This document shows positions 12,082 to 24,367 of a DNA stretch of 64,000 bases, piece by piece. The notes under the pieces were generated by a model, which ran no database searches, was not told where the DNA came from, and worked only from the letters and a program-made list of their open reading frames with translations. Source of the DNA: Podarcis erhardii (taxonomy: Eukaryota); the NCBI GenBank assembly GCA_964252035.1, contig OZ176207.1. The stretch is one strand, 5' to 3'. A program made the translations under genes and the position numbers. Positions within the stretch are counted from its first letter, which is position 1. Each line of letters opens with the position of its first letter.

Positions 12082-13353
12082 ATTGCTTCCTGGAGCAACT
12101 TCAGAGCTTTCTGTTCTCCAGAGCGCAAACTGAGCCTTGCACTGAACCCAGCAAGGGAACCTGCTTGCCTTGTCTATCCTTTACCCTGGTTGGCCCTTGC
12201 CAGATTGCAGAGCACAACAGCAGCAAATAGTCTAGGGTTGTCATGGTTTCATTAAAAGTGAGACCTTGCATTCACATCTGTTGCTGTGAGGGCAAAACTT
12301 GACATGGTATGGCAGCAACAAGTACTGGTCCTCATGTCTTCCCTCCCCCTGCCATTTACACATAAAGCAAATACAGTATAAATTTCTATTATTATGCTAC
12401 ATAACATCATGGGTGAACTGTGATCTGACACAATATAAAAACTATAAAATACACAAGAACCCTTGTCCCCCAAATATCAACCCAGTTCTCCTCAAATTCT
12501 CTTTTTAGTTATCAGACCTTTTCGTCTAAGTTTGGTAAGCTCTCAGTTTTATATCATAACCTCTGGAAGTTGGGGAAGAATTTCAGGATGTTTTAACCAC
12601 ACATTTTCACTCTTTATGGCATAGTTCTTAGATCCTCTTGTGTACTTGCTATGAATTACGAACTCCATCAAACTCAGCCTACCCAGAATAATGACTGTAA
12701 TAAAATTTACAAAGTCAATTATTATGAAGTGTAAAATGTAAGGAAACCACCCTGATTACCCTAGGCATCTTTACTCTTGCTTCTGATTTCCTCCAGCCTT
12801 GGATTTTCCACATGGTAATGTAAAAGATAATATGAGATTGGACCAAATTAAAGGGATCAAAACAACAGACTGAAACCCTTTTCAAGCATTCTCTCCTCCA
12901 CACCTTGCCTTGTGTTGCCCAATGGAAAGAGCAAGAAGCCCTCCCAGGCCCTCCCACTCCATGACATCACTGTTGCCATTCCCACAACCCTCCAGGTATT
13001 TGGGAGGGGGGGCTGGACACCTGTAGCAGGGAGCTTGATTGAGAAATGTCTCCCAAAGGTTCTGATTGTGGTGGGGAGTCTACACATGTCAAAGAGGCTC
13101 CCTACTGCAGAAGTTCAGTCCCTAATATTTGTAGGGTTGTGGGAATGGCAATTGTGGAAGAGGCCAGGGAATAACATCCCCTCCCTCTTCTACTTATTTA
13201 CATCAAGAAGTAATGGTGAGCGGGGGCATCTGAAGGTGCCTCGTTCATCAGGGCTGAAGATAAAAGAACAGTGGCTTTTAAAAACTCTAATAACCAGCCA
13301 TTTTTCCAGCTGAAAGTGCCATCTCTTTGAATATTTTAAAATTGCAGGATAGG

Positions 13354-13490
13354 TAATAATAATAATAATAATTTATTTATACCCTGCCCATCTGGCTGGG
13401 TTTTCCCAGCCACTCTGGGCGGCTTCCAACAAAATATTTAAATACAGTTGTCCATCAAACATTATAAGCTTCCCTAAACAGGGCTGCCTT
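13354..13490 (-). mobile_element. L2 LINE 3' end (same family as 62149-62481)
   Basis: ataccctgcccatctggctgggttttcccagccactctgggcggcttccaac plus (AAT)n. Confidence 0.8.
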
Positions 13491-14753
13491 ATGAGGAGGT
13501 AAACTGAAGCCAAAAAGATAACCGACTTCTTGGAAAGGAGAAAGCAACTATTTTGTTATGGCCAAATAGAGATTCACACACACACCTGCTTATCCTGAAA
13601 GCAAGTGTTGTTTTGTGTCAACAGAAAGTCTGCTGTTTCGTTTAGGCACCTGTGCATTATCTGGACTTAATTGCATGATAAGGGTTCACATTTTCCATCC
13701 CAAAAGGCCTTTCTGTGTGTGGAGACAGGCCTTTGCCGGCTCCTACCAGACTCCTTCCACTTCTGTGGATTTGTTCCTAGTGAAGAAAATCACAGCACAC
13801 AGCCCTTCGCTTCTCAGGGATCGTGGCAGCAAGCACAGTGCCTTTGCATTCACACCGGTTGAGTGGCCTGACAGTTACCAAGTGTGAACCCTCAGAGACA
13901 TGCTCCGTTTCTGAAGTCAGGAAATAAAACCTTAAAGACACGCAGGTCTCAGAAAGAAAACCTCATGGAGACTTTGATGTCCCCTCTGCCTCCCCACCTT
14001 CCTCCCTGCCCTTCCTCCTTTCACATTTCTGTCTTCTTGAAAATCAAATTAAGAAAGGCCTGTGATACACTTCTTAAACAGATGAAATGGAGGTGGGGGA
14101 GGGAACTTCTATAATTGGATCACTTACTGTGTGAATAATCACAGTCATCTGTAACCACAGTGACTGTGGTTTTAACCTTACTTGGGCATTTCTAAACCAC
14201 AGAGATGACCCAGCCATCTGCAGCGACACAGGTCCATCCCCACTGTGTCCAAGGGAGCCCAGCTTTCGTGTTCTGTTCTTTCCGTTAACCATGAAATGGA
14301 ACTGAAAGTGTCTCATTCACAGAGCAGCCGCCAGCAGGGGACAGTGATATGATAGAAACTGATGGCACTTTGCAAACCTTCTCCATGCAGACCTTTTGCC
14401 TGCTGACTTGCAAATACTTTGAGGAGAGAGGTTTGCTGGCTGAAAGGACTACCAAGCTCTGAGAAGTGATTATTATTTGTAGTTCTAGTCCACCCTCCAT
14501 CAAGTGGTCCCAGGGCAGGTTACACAAACATCACAGTTAAAATAGGTACAATGTAGATTTAAATCACCATATAAAATCACACAAAACAGCCAAAAGCAGA
14601 ATAAATGGGGGGTGTCAAAGATTTATCATATACATTTAAAGCACATTATAGCACTTTAACAAGTCTTCCAGAGCAGATTTGGAGAAGGGGAAGGTGTGCA
14701 AGGAGGGGGAATTTCCATTGCACCAGTGGGAATCCTTGCACTGGCTTCCTTTA

Positions 14754-14884
14754 CAGGGATTCCCAAACAGCTAAGCTGTTTTTGGACTACAACTCCCATA
14801 ATCCCTATCTAGCAGGACCACTGGTCAGGGATGATGGGAATTGTAAGCCAAACACAGCTGGAGAGCCAAGTTTGGGAAACCCTG
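14754..14884. mobile_element. Degraded palindromic hAT MITE (similar to 38786-38921)
   Basis: cagggattcccaaac...gtttgggaaaccctg; ggactacaactcccat core. Confidence 0.65.
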
Positions 14885-15106
14885 CTAGTGCAATGGATTA
14901 GTTGAATACAGCCCCTGTGGCAACACCACCCTCCTGATACATATCAAGACAGGCACCAATCTATACTGTCTTTTTGGACTTTCCTATTTCAATAAGCCTT
15001 CTAAGTGGAAAATTTATATCCTGAACGGTATCTGTTTTGGATGAAATTGTTTACATAGATATATATGTAACTGTTTTTATATATGCAATTTTATGTTTTT
15101 ATTGTA

Positions 15107-15325
15107 CAGTGGTACCTCAGGTTAAGTACTTAATTTGTTCCGGAGGTCCGTTCTTAACCTGAAACTGTTCTTAACCTGAAGCACCACTTTAGCTAATGGG
15201 GCCTCCTGCTGCCGCCGCACCGCCAGAGCACGATTTCTGTTCTCATCCTGAAGCAAAGTTCTTAACCTGAAGCACTATTTAGCGGATTCTGTAACCTGAA
15301 GCGTCTGTAACCTGAGGTACCACTG
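15107..15325. mobile_element. Tc1/mariner (Tigger-like) MITE
   Basis: TIR cagtggtacctcaggtta / taacctgaggtaccactg; TA TSD; repeated internal taacctgaa motifs. Confidence 0.88.
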
Positions 15326-15946
15326 TACTGCAAAATCACTTTGAGATGTTTCATAGGAAACAATTCATACATGAAATAAAATCACCAGCAGACTTTGCAA
15401 CAACAACAAAATGTGCTAGCCTGCTGGGAACTGAAGAGGTTAATCCTCACCCCACCCCACCCCGCAGCAACACACTGCATTCTGGGCTGGGTGCGGAGAA
15501 GGGGGTCTTCTTCCCCCCCTTCCAGGGCTGTTTTGGCTTCTGTGCTAAGCATGGACTTGGAATGGAGTCCTCAGTCCCTCTCTGCTAGCCTGTGGATTCA
15601 CCTGCTTGCAATGCAGTCTAGAGCTAGCCAGCAAGTCCTTAAATACAAATCTGCCCTCAATAGTCATATAGCTAGCTAGGGATGCCCTTGAAGGAGCAAA
15701 CAGATATTTCACAAATTGGAAGGCACTTGCTATGTAAAGGGAAAATTTATGACAGTAAAAACAATAAGATTGTTGCATCTGATCTGTGGCAACTTTCTGT
15801 CTGGCAAGGATGTGACCCTTCAATTGCAAATGATGGGGAAGATTAGGTTTTGGTTCTTATCTGTGCAGGAACAATCCATAAAAGCTCCGATTAACCTCTT
15901 TAATCAGCCAATTGCTGAAAGGCCCAGTATCCCTGCTTTTACCAGA

Positions 15947-15973
15947 TGACCTGATGAACTCAGCTGCAGTTCA
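15947..15973 (-). promoter_or_regulatory. Candidate DR2 retinoic-acid response element with a third half-site
   Basis: TGACCT-GA-TGAACT (AGTTCA-N2-AGGTCA on minus) followed by CAGCTGC-AGTTCA. Motif match only. Confidence 0.4.
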
Positions 15974-18900
15974 AGGCAACCGTACATAGCCAGTTACTGT
16001 TGCCGCTGCTGCTGCTACCCATTTATAAAGAAGCTAACAAACTAATGAGCAGGGCTCGGATTATTCCATGTAATAAGCACACTGAGAAGATCGGCTTTTT
16101 TGGAATCTCTCCTGTGTCTTACAAAGCTGCACCCTTCGCCATCATTTTTTGTCCCTGCCTATTCCTAGGGCTGAGTTTGGGTTACAGAGTTAAATCTCTT
16201 GAAAGAGGGGCGAAAGGAAGCAACAAATGGGAAGGAAACTGGCCAGCTTGTGAAATCCAAAACCGGATTGGTAAGAAAAACATCATGAATTATGGATCCC
16301 CTGGAGCCGCCGGCAGCCTGTCATTGTGCATGATCTGTCTCCATTGTACTTTTCTGTGCAGGCGAAATTGTTGTCAGCTAGCACAGGGCAAGCCTTTGCT
16401 GCCTAGGATCACTGCCTGCTGTTCAAATGGACCTGTGCCTTCCAGCACAAACAGTCCATTGGAAACCAAATGTTTCATGTAACTGATAGTGGCCCCAGTG
16501 GATAGGGAAGCCCTTGAAGGGGGGAGGATGAAGGGGAGAGAGGCTTTCAGCTGACCTTGTTCGCTGGAGCTTAGTACTGGTAGAAGCACCAGCTGCAAGG
16601 ACAGGGACACAGAGTCTCCAAGAAAGCACAAGGCTGGCTATTGTTCTGGACTAGTTTCAAAGGCGAACAGATTTGGGTTGTTTTAGTGGCAGTGGCGGCT
16701 CTGTGCGCTATGCGAAAGAGGCGCTCCTGGCGCAGGCACAGCCATGGTTCTGCCACGCCTGGAGCTGAGGGAAGCAAGGAACGTGGAGAGATGTGCTGTT
16801 CCTTTCCTCCTGCTCAGCAGGGGCAAAGAGGGAAGACTACTTTCAAATGCTGAATTTGAGCAAGGCTTCCTCAAGGGTTTTGCTCACGGAACTTCTTTTC
16901 AGAGCCAGGGCTCAGCCGTGGATTAAACCTGAAAGTCAATAATAAAGAAGAGGGGACACTTGAACATGTGCAGAGTGATTTCTCCGTTATCACACTCCTC
17001 CTATGCAGCTCCAGAGGGCGAAGGGGAAAGGGCATGACCTTCAGGCAGGCTCAGGGGTGTGTTTTGAGACTAAAGCATTGCATTGTTCCTGCACTCAGCA
17101 GCTCTTTAAAAGAGTTAAAGACATCAAAGTGGGAAACTCAGAATGTTTGTAAGGAAAAGATTGGGGGGGGGGGCTGCCCAGCTGCACTGTCCTTTTTTGA
17201 TTCCAGATGCAGGAGTGAGGGTGGGAGTCTTCAAAGAGGGAACAAAAACAAACTCAAGGTCAAACACTGATGCAGATGTGGTGCACTGAAGTGTTGTTTG
17301 TGGGGGGTGGAGGAAGAAGCCAAGGAATGACACACTCTGTTTCACTCACAGGCACAATACTCTCCTGGGGGCCTTCCTTCAGGATATGAGCAAACACACC
17401 CATAGAAGCAAGAAGGGAAGGACTTCATGCATCCTGCTTCTTCTTCCAAAGCACAGCCTCCAACAGCAGAGAGGACAGCAATCCCTTTGCCAAAATGCAG
17501 CATTAAAAACTAGGCAAATGTGTGAATTGGGGGGGGGGGAGGTTTCCAATTAAAGGAAAGTAATATTGTGATCATCTATAAAATCACAGCTCACATATTT
17601 CAAAGACCATAAGTGAATTGCGAGGCTCCGAAGTCAAGCATTTTAAAACAGATTGTGCTTTTTCTTTTTCCTCCCCCAGAAGGACACATGTCCCTTTTAA
17701 GTAAGCTAAGGTCTGTTATTGACATGAATAAACCATGCATTTCCTATTCAGAATACGGTCCCATCTTGGCTATGCTACTTTCTAAAGGCACACATTTTCC
17801 CTTCCCTGTTTGGCAACATTTCAACTGCTTGTCATAAGGTGAGCAAGGCCCTCATTTCAGATTCAAATGTGAATCGCTGCCAAATTGACCTGCTGTTCTC
17901 TCCCTTTCAGCTACTGTAACCAACACCACACAAACAATGAATTATGAGATTAGAGTTACAGAAAAATGGACTCATTCTGCAGATGTTGTGTCTGGAACAA
18001 GCTGCTTTGTCTCATGTTTGTTGTGCCATGTTGCTGCCCCTCAGCACCCCCCACATTTGCTGGGTGGTGATTTGTGCAATAAAACCTTGCTGTGTGAAGG
18101 GTTAATTATCAGCTTGCTATTTTAAAAAACCTCCCCAAGAAAAAGAAAAACCCTACAGAGAGAGAATAACAGAAACCTTATCTTGATTTTTAAATTTTTT
18201 TTAAGAAGGCCATTATAAGGAATGAAAGAGCAGAATGTTGACCTGCAAACAGAAACAGAGGCCCGGATTGTTTTAAATCAGAGAATGACCAGAGCTTTCC
18301 AGGAAAAATGGAGAGTTTCAAAGTAAGAGATAGTGCTGTTTTGTTTTGCTTCCCGCCTCCCCACCCCCGGAAAACCAGTCCTGAAATCCCAATTGTGGGG
18401 GGTGGGAGGAGAGAGGGAACCCTCAGAGAGGTCTGGGAGATTTCTTTGTTTTGTGTGTGTGCTTAGAGAAGGGGGAAGGGGGGGGGGAGAGAGAAGAGGA
18501 GGGAGGTAGAGGAAGAGAGAAAAAGAGGGGGGAGGGAGAGAGACGGAGAGAGGTCCTGTCAGCTGTTCAACGCTTAACAGCTGGTACCTGTAGACCAAAA
18601 TAATACAGCCTGCCTGAGCTGCGTCATGCTAAGCGCAGCGTTGGGGCCATAACAAACTTTGCTAAGTTACGCCATCAAGCGCCTTGGTGAGGCAGCCGCG
18701 GGGCGGGGAGGGAGATATGTGCCCCCCCCCATACACCTCCTGCTTCAGGGAGAGGGGGCGGGGGGCTCTGGGCCTTGCCCAGCCACGACCCTGTTGCAGA
18801 GACTGGGCTCGCCTCCCCCTTCTCCCCCCCTCCAAATGCATCGCCTCCCCACACCCACGGTCGTTTTGTTGTTGCGTGCCAGCAGCATGAAGAGGATGAG

Positions 18901-20588
18901 AATAGAGGCTCCCTTCATTCCCAGAGAGGGCTCTCCCTGCATATTGATGCCTTCCCCTCCTCCTCTCTCCCTCGTCCCCCCTTCTCGCCCCGCAAGAGGG
19001 AAGGGCAGCTGCTTCCTCAACAAGGTCCCCTTCTCTTCTCCAGAGCCTTCCGAATCTGCCAGGCGCAAGGAGGACACAGAAGGGAGAGCGCAGCGAGGGA
19101 CTGGACTTTGGGCTTTTTGTTTGCTGCTGCTGCTGCTTCCCTCCTTTTCACAAAGTCGCAGCGACATTAGTAAATGGGGACATTTTAAATGGTGGCCTCT
19201 TTCAGGAGCAGAGCCAATGCACCACCGACCCTAGAGAGTCTCTTGTGGGGCAGGTGGACCCATTTGACTCTCCATTATAAGCCTGCCTCCTTTTCTGTTT
19301 GTTTGGTGAGAATAATCTATTGTCTCCCAATGGACCCAGGGCCTGCTGTTCTGGATGTTTACTTAGCACTCCTTAGTCGTCATCGCCATTTCTGTATACC
19401 GGCCTCTCGCCAGGGAGACCAAAGGTAAAATTGCTGTCAGCTGCAGTGCACCATCACTACCTCAGGCCCAAAAATGGAAGGAGGGAGACAGGTACATTCT
19501 ATCAGGGGTTGGGGCTGGGGGCATGAGGACATATTGCAACTCCTGCTTCTTATTATTGATGGCCACTGTTATCTATGTGCCTGTTTTCTGGATGTTGTGA
19601 GACTTGTTCGAGCAGAACATGCAGCGTTCTGAAGAGTGCATTGTTTGGCCCAAACCCTTCTCTAGAGCAGAGTAAAATGACATGGGCTTGTTCTTCCCTA
19701 GGACTTGTGTTTTCTCAAGTATAACGGCTTCCTTGTGCCTAGGCACGAAAAGAGGAATAGTTTCTGGAAGGACAAAGCACCATAATAATCAGGGACATTA
19801 ATCCCAGGGTTAGTGGGTGCCAGTACTGCTGGCAGGATTTACAGGCCCAAAATATATGTGAGTAAATGGCAAAGTTCACATGTACAGATAAGTCAGATAA
19901 TGGCTTTGCAAAAATCAGCAAGTGTGTAGAGATCCCACAAGTGAATATCATGCCCTGGTTCTGCTGCTGCCAGAGTTAAGCTACATCCAAACTCAGTGCT
20001 CCAAACATTAGTGCTACATCTGAACTCCGTCTCCTTGTTTGTCTTGCCAATACAAAATGCAAGAACAAACCTTGGTTACAACACATGGTTTGTCTGAGGC
20101 AAACCATGAGCTTGGGCTGTCACAGGGCTCAGATGTAATTCTAAGCCAAATCATCCTTTAGTGCCAGGTAGTGCAGCAGGACCCAGGGAGGTGTGCAACA
20201 GCCACAAACTTCTCTCTGGGAATCTATATATTATGTGCAATCTGGGCCACAGTCAAGTTCACACACACCATATCTGGATGCAGAAGGAGATAAATGGCTT
20301 CCACGCAACTCTTCTCAACTGCTTCTGGTTATAGAGATTGTGTGGAGAAGTATGCTATGGCTGGTGTTCAGCTTTGTCTTACTCTGAGTAGACCTACAGA
20401 AATTAATGAGCATGACCAAGTTAGATCAATTAATTTCAATGGGTCTATTCTGAGTAAACCTTAGTTGGATACCAACCTATAAGTAAAAGTTTCTCATAGC
20501 TGCACACTGTTAAGGTGCTTCCACTTTACATCCCTGACCAGTGAGGTGTTCCAGGGACAAGTGCTACCTGGAATTAGCTTCCTTTGAA

Positions 20589-20797
20589 GGAGAGAGCACC
20601 AGAACCCAGGAACATAGGAAAGTGACTCAGTCAGACCATTGGGCTCCTCTAGCTCAGTATTGGCACCACTGGCTGGCAACAGTTCTCCAGAATTTCGGAC
20701 ACGATTCTCTCCCACTCGTACCTAGACCTGCCAGGGATTGAATCTGAAACCTTCTGTGTGCAAATCAGATGCTCTGTGATTGAAGCATGGTCCTTCC
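20589..20797 (-). mobile_element. tRNA-head SINE with CR1-like 3' end (Squam2-like)
   Basis: Reverse tRNA head (ctgccagggattgaatc...tgtgcaaatcagatgctc) and CR1-like tail (aacataggaa...cagaccattggg). Confidence 0.6.
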
Positions 20798-21452
20798 CCA
20801 AAGGGGAGACTTACTAGGCTTCTGTAATATATGGCATAAATGGAAGCAAACAGTATGTGCAGTCCTACCAGGTGCAGATGTGATCTGTTACAACTGATCC
20901 CCAGGGGATACACATAATCCACTAGGTGCCTTCAGCTCCCTGCTGACTATCCTCCCAAACTGCCCTTTCGTCACACTACCCAGACACCCCTCTTCAAAGT
21001 CTGAAGCTTTCCCATTCCAAACATTCCAGAGAGACCTCCGTCCCAAGAAACCATCTTCTAACAATTAGCTCCCACAAAGGGGCATCTACTGGCCATCCTG
21101 GACCATTAAGAAGTATTAGCATTCTTTTGTTACATCTCAGGGTGTGATCAGGCCACTCTTTAAAGAAGAGACAAGGAGCCTGTGGTCATTCAAGGTTTTT
21201 TTTTTGGGGGGGGGGTTAGTCCCAACTCCCAGCAGCCTCAACCAGCATACCCAGCAGCCAAGAATGGTGTACCACAAAATCTGCTTTTAAAAGTTCCCCA
21301 GACTTCTCCCTCATGATAAATCCTCCCACAGTAATATCATATTTTTATTTTTATTAAGATTGTGATTATTAGGATTGTGAGAGTAGTAACAAACACTTGG
21401 CATTTATATAGCATTTTGCCATAATTTTTTTAAGAGTTCTACATACATTATC

Positions 21453-21809
21453 AGGGACGCGGGTGGCACTGTGGGTTAAATCACAGAGCCTAGGACTTGC
21501 CGATCAGAAGGTTGGCGGTTCGAATCCCTGCGACGGAGTGAGCTTCTGTTGCTTGGTCCCTGCTCCTGCCCACCTAGCAGTTCGAAAGCACGTCAAAGTG
21601 CAAGTAGATAAATAGATATCGCTCCGGCAGGAAGGTAAATGGCATTTCCGTGCACTGCTCTGGTTCGCCAGAAGCGGCTTAGTCATGCTAGCCACATGAC
21701 CCGGAAGCTGTATGCCGGCTCCCTCGGCCAGTAAAGCGAGATGAGTGCCACAACCCCAGAGGCCGCCACGACTGGACCTAATGGTCAGGGGTCCCTTTAC
21801 CCTTACCTT
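21453..21809 (+). mobile_element. Sauria SINE (Squam1)
   Basis: gggacgcgggtggc...ggttcgaatccc head, tttacc tail, 13-bp TSD tacatacattatc. Confidence 0.93.
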
Positions 21810-24367
21810 TACATACATTATCTCAGTAGAGATGCAAAAATGCTTGTAAGGTAAACAGGAGAGTAACAGGTTCCCCACCCCCTGCCTGAGTGGATATGTA
21901 CAGGAGGAGACTTTAAGTCTGCATGTGTGAACTGACCAGCCCTGATTCCCACGTGGGTTGCTCTTGATGTTTCATAGGAAGCAATTCCTAAAAGAAAACA
22001 AGCAAATAAAGTTGTATGTTTTGAACCTTCTAGAGAACATTTAACTATCTAGTAAATAAATAAATAGGTTCCCCATCCCTGCAAAAATTAGGAGTTATTG
22101 AAAAACTGCTCCAGTTCATGACAAAGGAACTACATATTGTCCTCCTCGGAACTCAAATCACCACCACCCCACTGAGAATTTAGGAAACCACACACCCAAG
22201 TCCAGATAATATGGATTCATCTATAAAGGCAGGTATTCTTTGCAGGCAAAGATGGGGTAATGCAGGGCAGAACCTGCCTTAGAGCTCCAAACAGCCCCTG
22301 TTCAACTCCCTGTGATGGCTTCAGATACAGTACAAGGTTCCTGTAGAGAAGAATATTGTGTGGCCCAGTTGTCCACCCTCTCACAAGATGGTTTCTGGAG
22401 CTACGCAGTCACAGCGTGCATTATCTGTGGAGGGCTGCTTTCATGTGCCTTCATGTCATCGACCAGCCCTTTAAGTGATACTTAATAACCTTGCACAGAG
22501 GCACAAATGAAAACCAGAGTAACTATCCATTATCATCTTGTTGAAGAGCAAGCCACACCAACTTGAAATTTGAGCTGTTCTTTTTAGGAACATCAGAGCT
22601 GGAAGAACTAGTGTAAGAGAAAACCATTCGGACAAGAAAGAAATGGGTGGGGGGTGGGGAAACAGTGGTCTATGTTGCTTTTTATATGTTTGCAGATTTG
22701 CGTGTTCCATGAGCACATCAGAAAGTCAGGTCCCACCCTCACAACATGCTCCACTGCGTGGGTGTCCTGGAGACATTCTGGCTGTGCAGGTCTCCTCAAT
22801 TCGTGCAAATCCATACAGAAAGCCACAGCTTTTATTCTTTGATTCATCCCCTGGGAAGCAAGGATCTCATTTAGAGTGCAATACAGCACCACTCAAGCTT
22901 TGGGACTCCCCAGCTTTGGCACTTCAGTTTCCTCCAGGGAAGATGTGAGCACTCCTCTGTCACTAGCCGTGACAGTGTCATTGTCGCTGGTTACCATAAA
23001 ACCAAATAACAGCATTGTTGGGAATAAGAGTTCAGGAGCCTGGTGCTGCAAGCTTTGTGCTCCTTTCCCAGTTTATATTCTCAGAAGCCCCTGCCTCTTG
23101 CTCTTCCCCAGAGATCCTGCTGTCTTTAGGGCTTTCTAAAGTGTTTGCCTGCAGCTACTGAACTCTCAAAGCCTTCAAAATGTTATTGTTAAACTGAAGC
23201 ACTTCAAAGCATTCTAAGCATAAGATAAAAATTATCTGGAGTCACACTAATAAAACACCATTCTCCAAACACAAACAGCAACTTCTAAAGCAAAAATAAT
23301 GCACTGTTTTTCTGGCTTTGTCGTATCCCCACAATGACAGAATAATTTCTAGGAGTTAAGAGATGATTTGTCTATATGCAAGTGGAATGTGGTCAGTTCA
23401 GGATAATGGGAGGCTCACAAAGAAGGTATGGTGGGACTTAGAGATATACTGAGGGGCAAACAGTCATGAAACTGAAGGCCAGAGGTGAAGTGACATTACA
23501 CACAGCTGCCAGCCACATCTCATGCAGATGTCCCCCAAGGCTTTTAAAATAAATGATTATTACAAAATGCAGCTATGGAGATTACAAGTTAACTGAGAAG
23601 ACCTACGTGGGAAGGGTGAAAATTCCCAACTCCAGTGGATCTCTTGCCAACCTGGTCTCCACATGTTTGGACTACAACTGTTGCCCAAACATCTGGAGAG
23701 CATCAGGTTGGTAAGGACTGCTGTAGTGGTTGATCCTCTGGAAAACCACCCAAGTCAGTTCTTCTTATAGGGGGAGGGTGGTTTCAGCATTTTTTGTAGT
23801 GCTATCTTGTCCCATACAAACCTGCCTGTCAATTAAGCAAAGCTTCCAAGTCTCTTATCCAGATTCTCTTGCCTTCAGAAGTGAGGCAGGTACCTACACC
23901 CTTGTGCAAATTAATTGAAACAAACAATGTAATTTATTGTACAAAACTCACATATACATGTACAAAACTCATATGTACATTAGTAACGGATATGACCTCC
24001 ACTATTTTTAAGCAGCATTTGAACACAGTTTGGCATGGAGTCTACTAGTTTTGAACAGTCACTGTTGATTTTCAGATCCCTGTACCACACTTGAATCAGC
24101 GCCTGAATGAGCTTCTCCATAGTTGTACAGTCTACAGCATGGAGGCGACTTTTGCATATAGCCCACAAATTCTCAATGGGATTTACGTCTGGGAATTCCC
24201 TGGCTAATCAAGCGCCTATATTTGCTGCTCTGTTATGAATTTCTTCACCACTTTCAATGTGTGACAGGGGACTAGGTCCTGCTGCAATATCCCAGTACTG
24301 CCAGGATACCTCTTTTCCAGCTCTGAGATAACTTTCTTTTATAGAACCTCAACATATTGTGTCGAGC

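Noticed and set aside
21069-21085. CTCF-like ccacaaaggggcatc
   Set aside because: Two mismatches at high-information core positions.
21454-21530. tRNA-like sequence with A and B boxes (also at 37000, 44570, 5820)
   Set aside because: Heads of Sauria SINEs with SINE bodies and TSDs, not tRNA genes.
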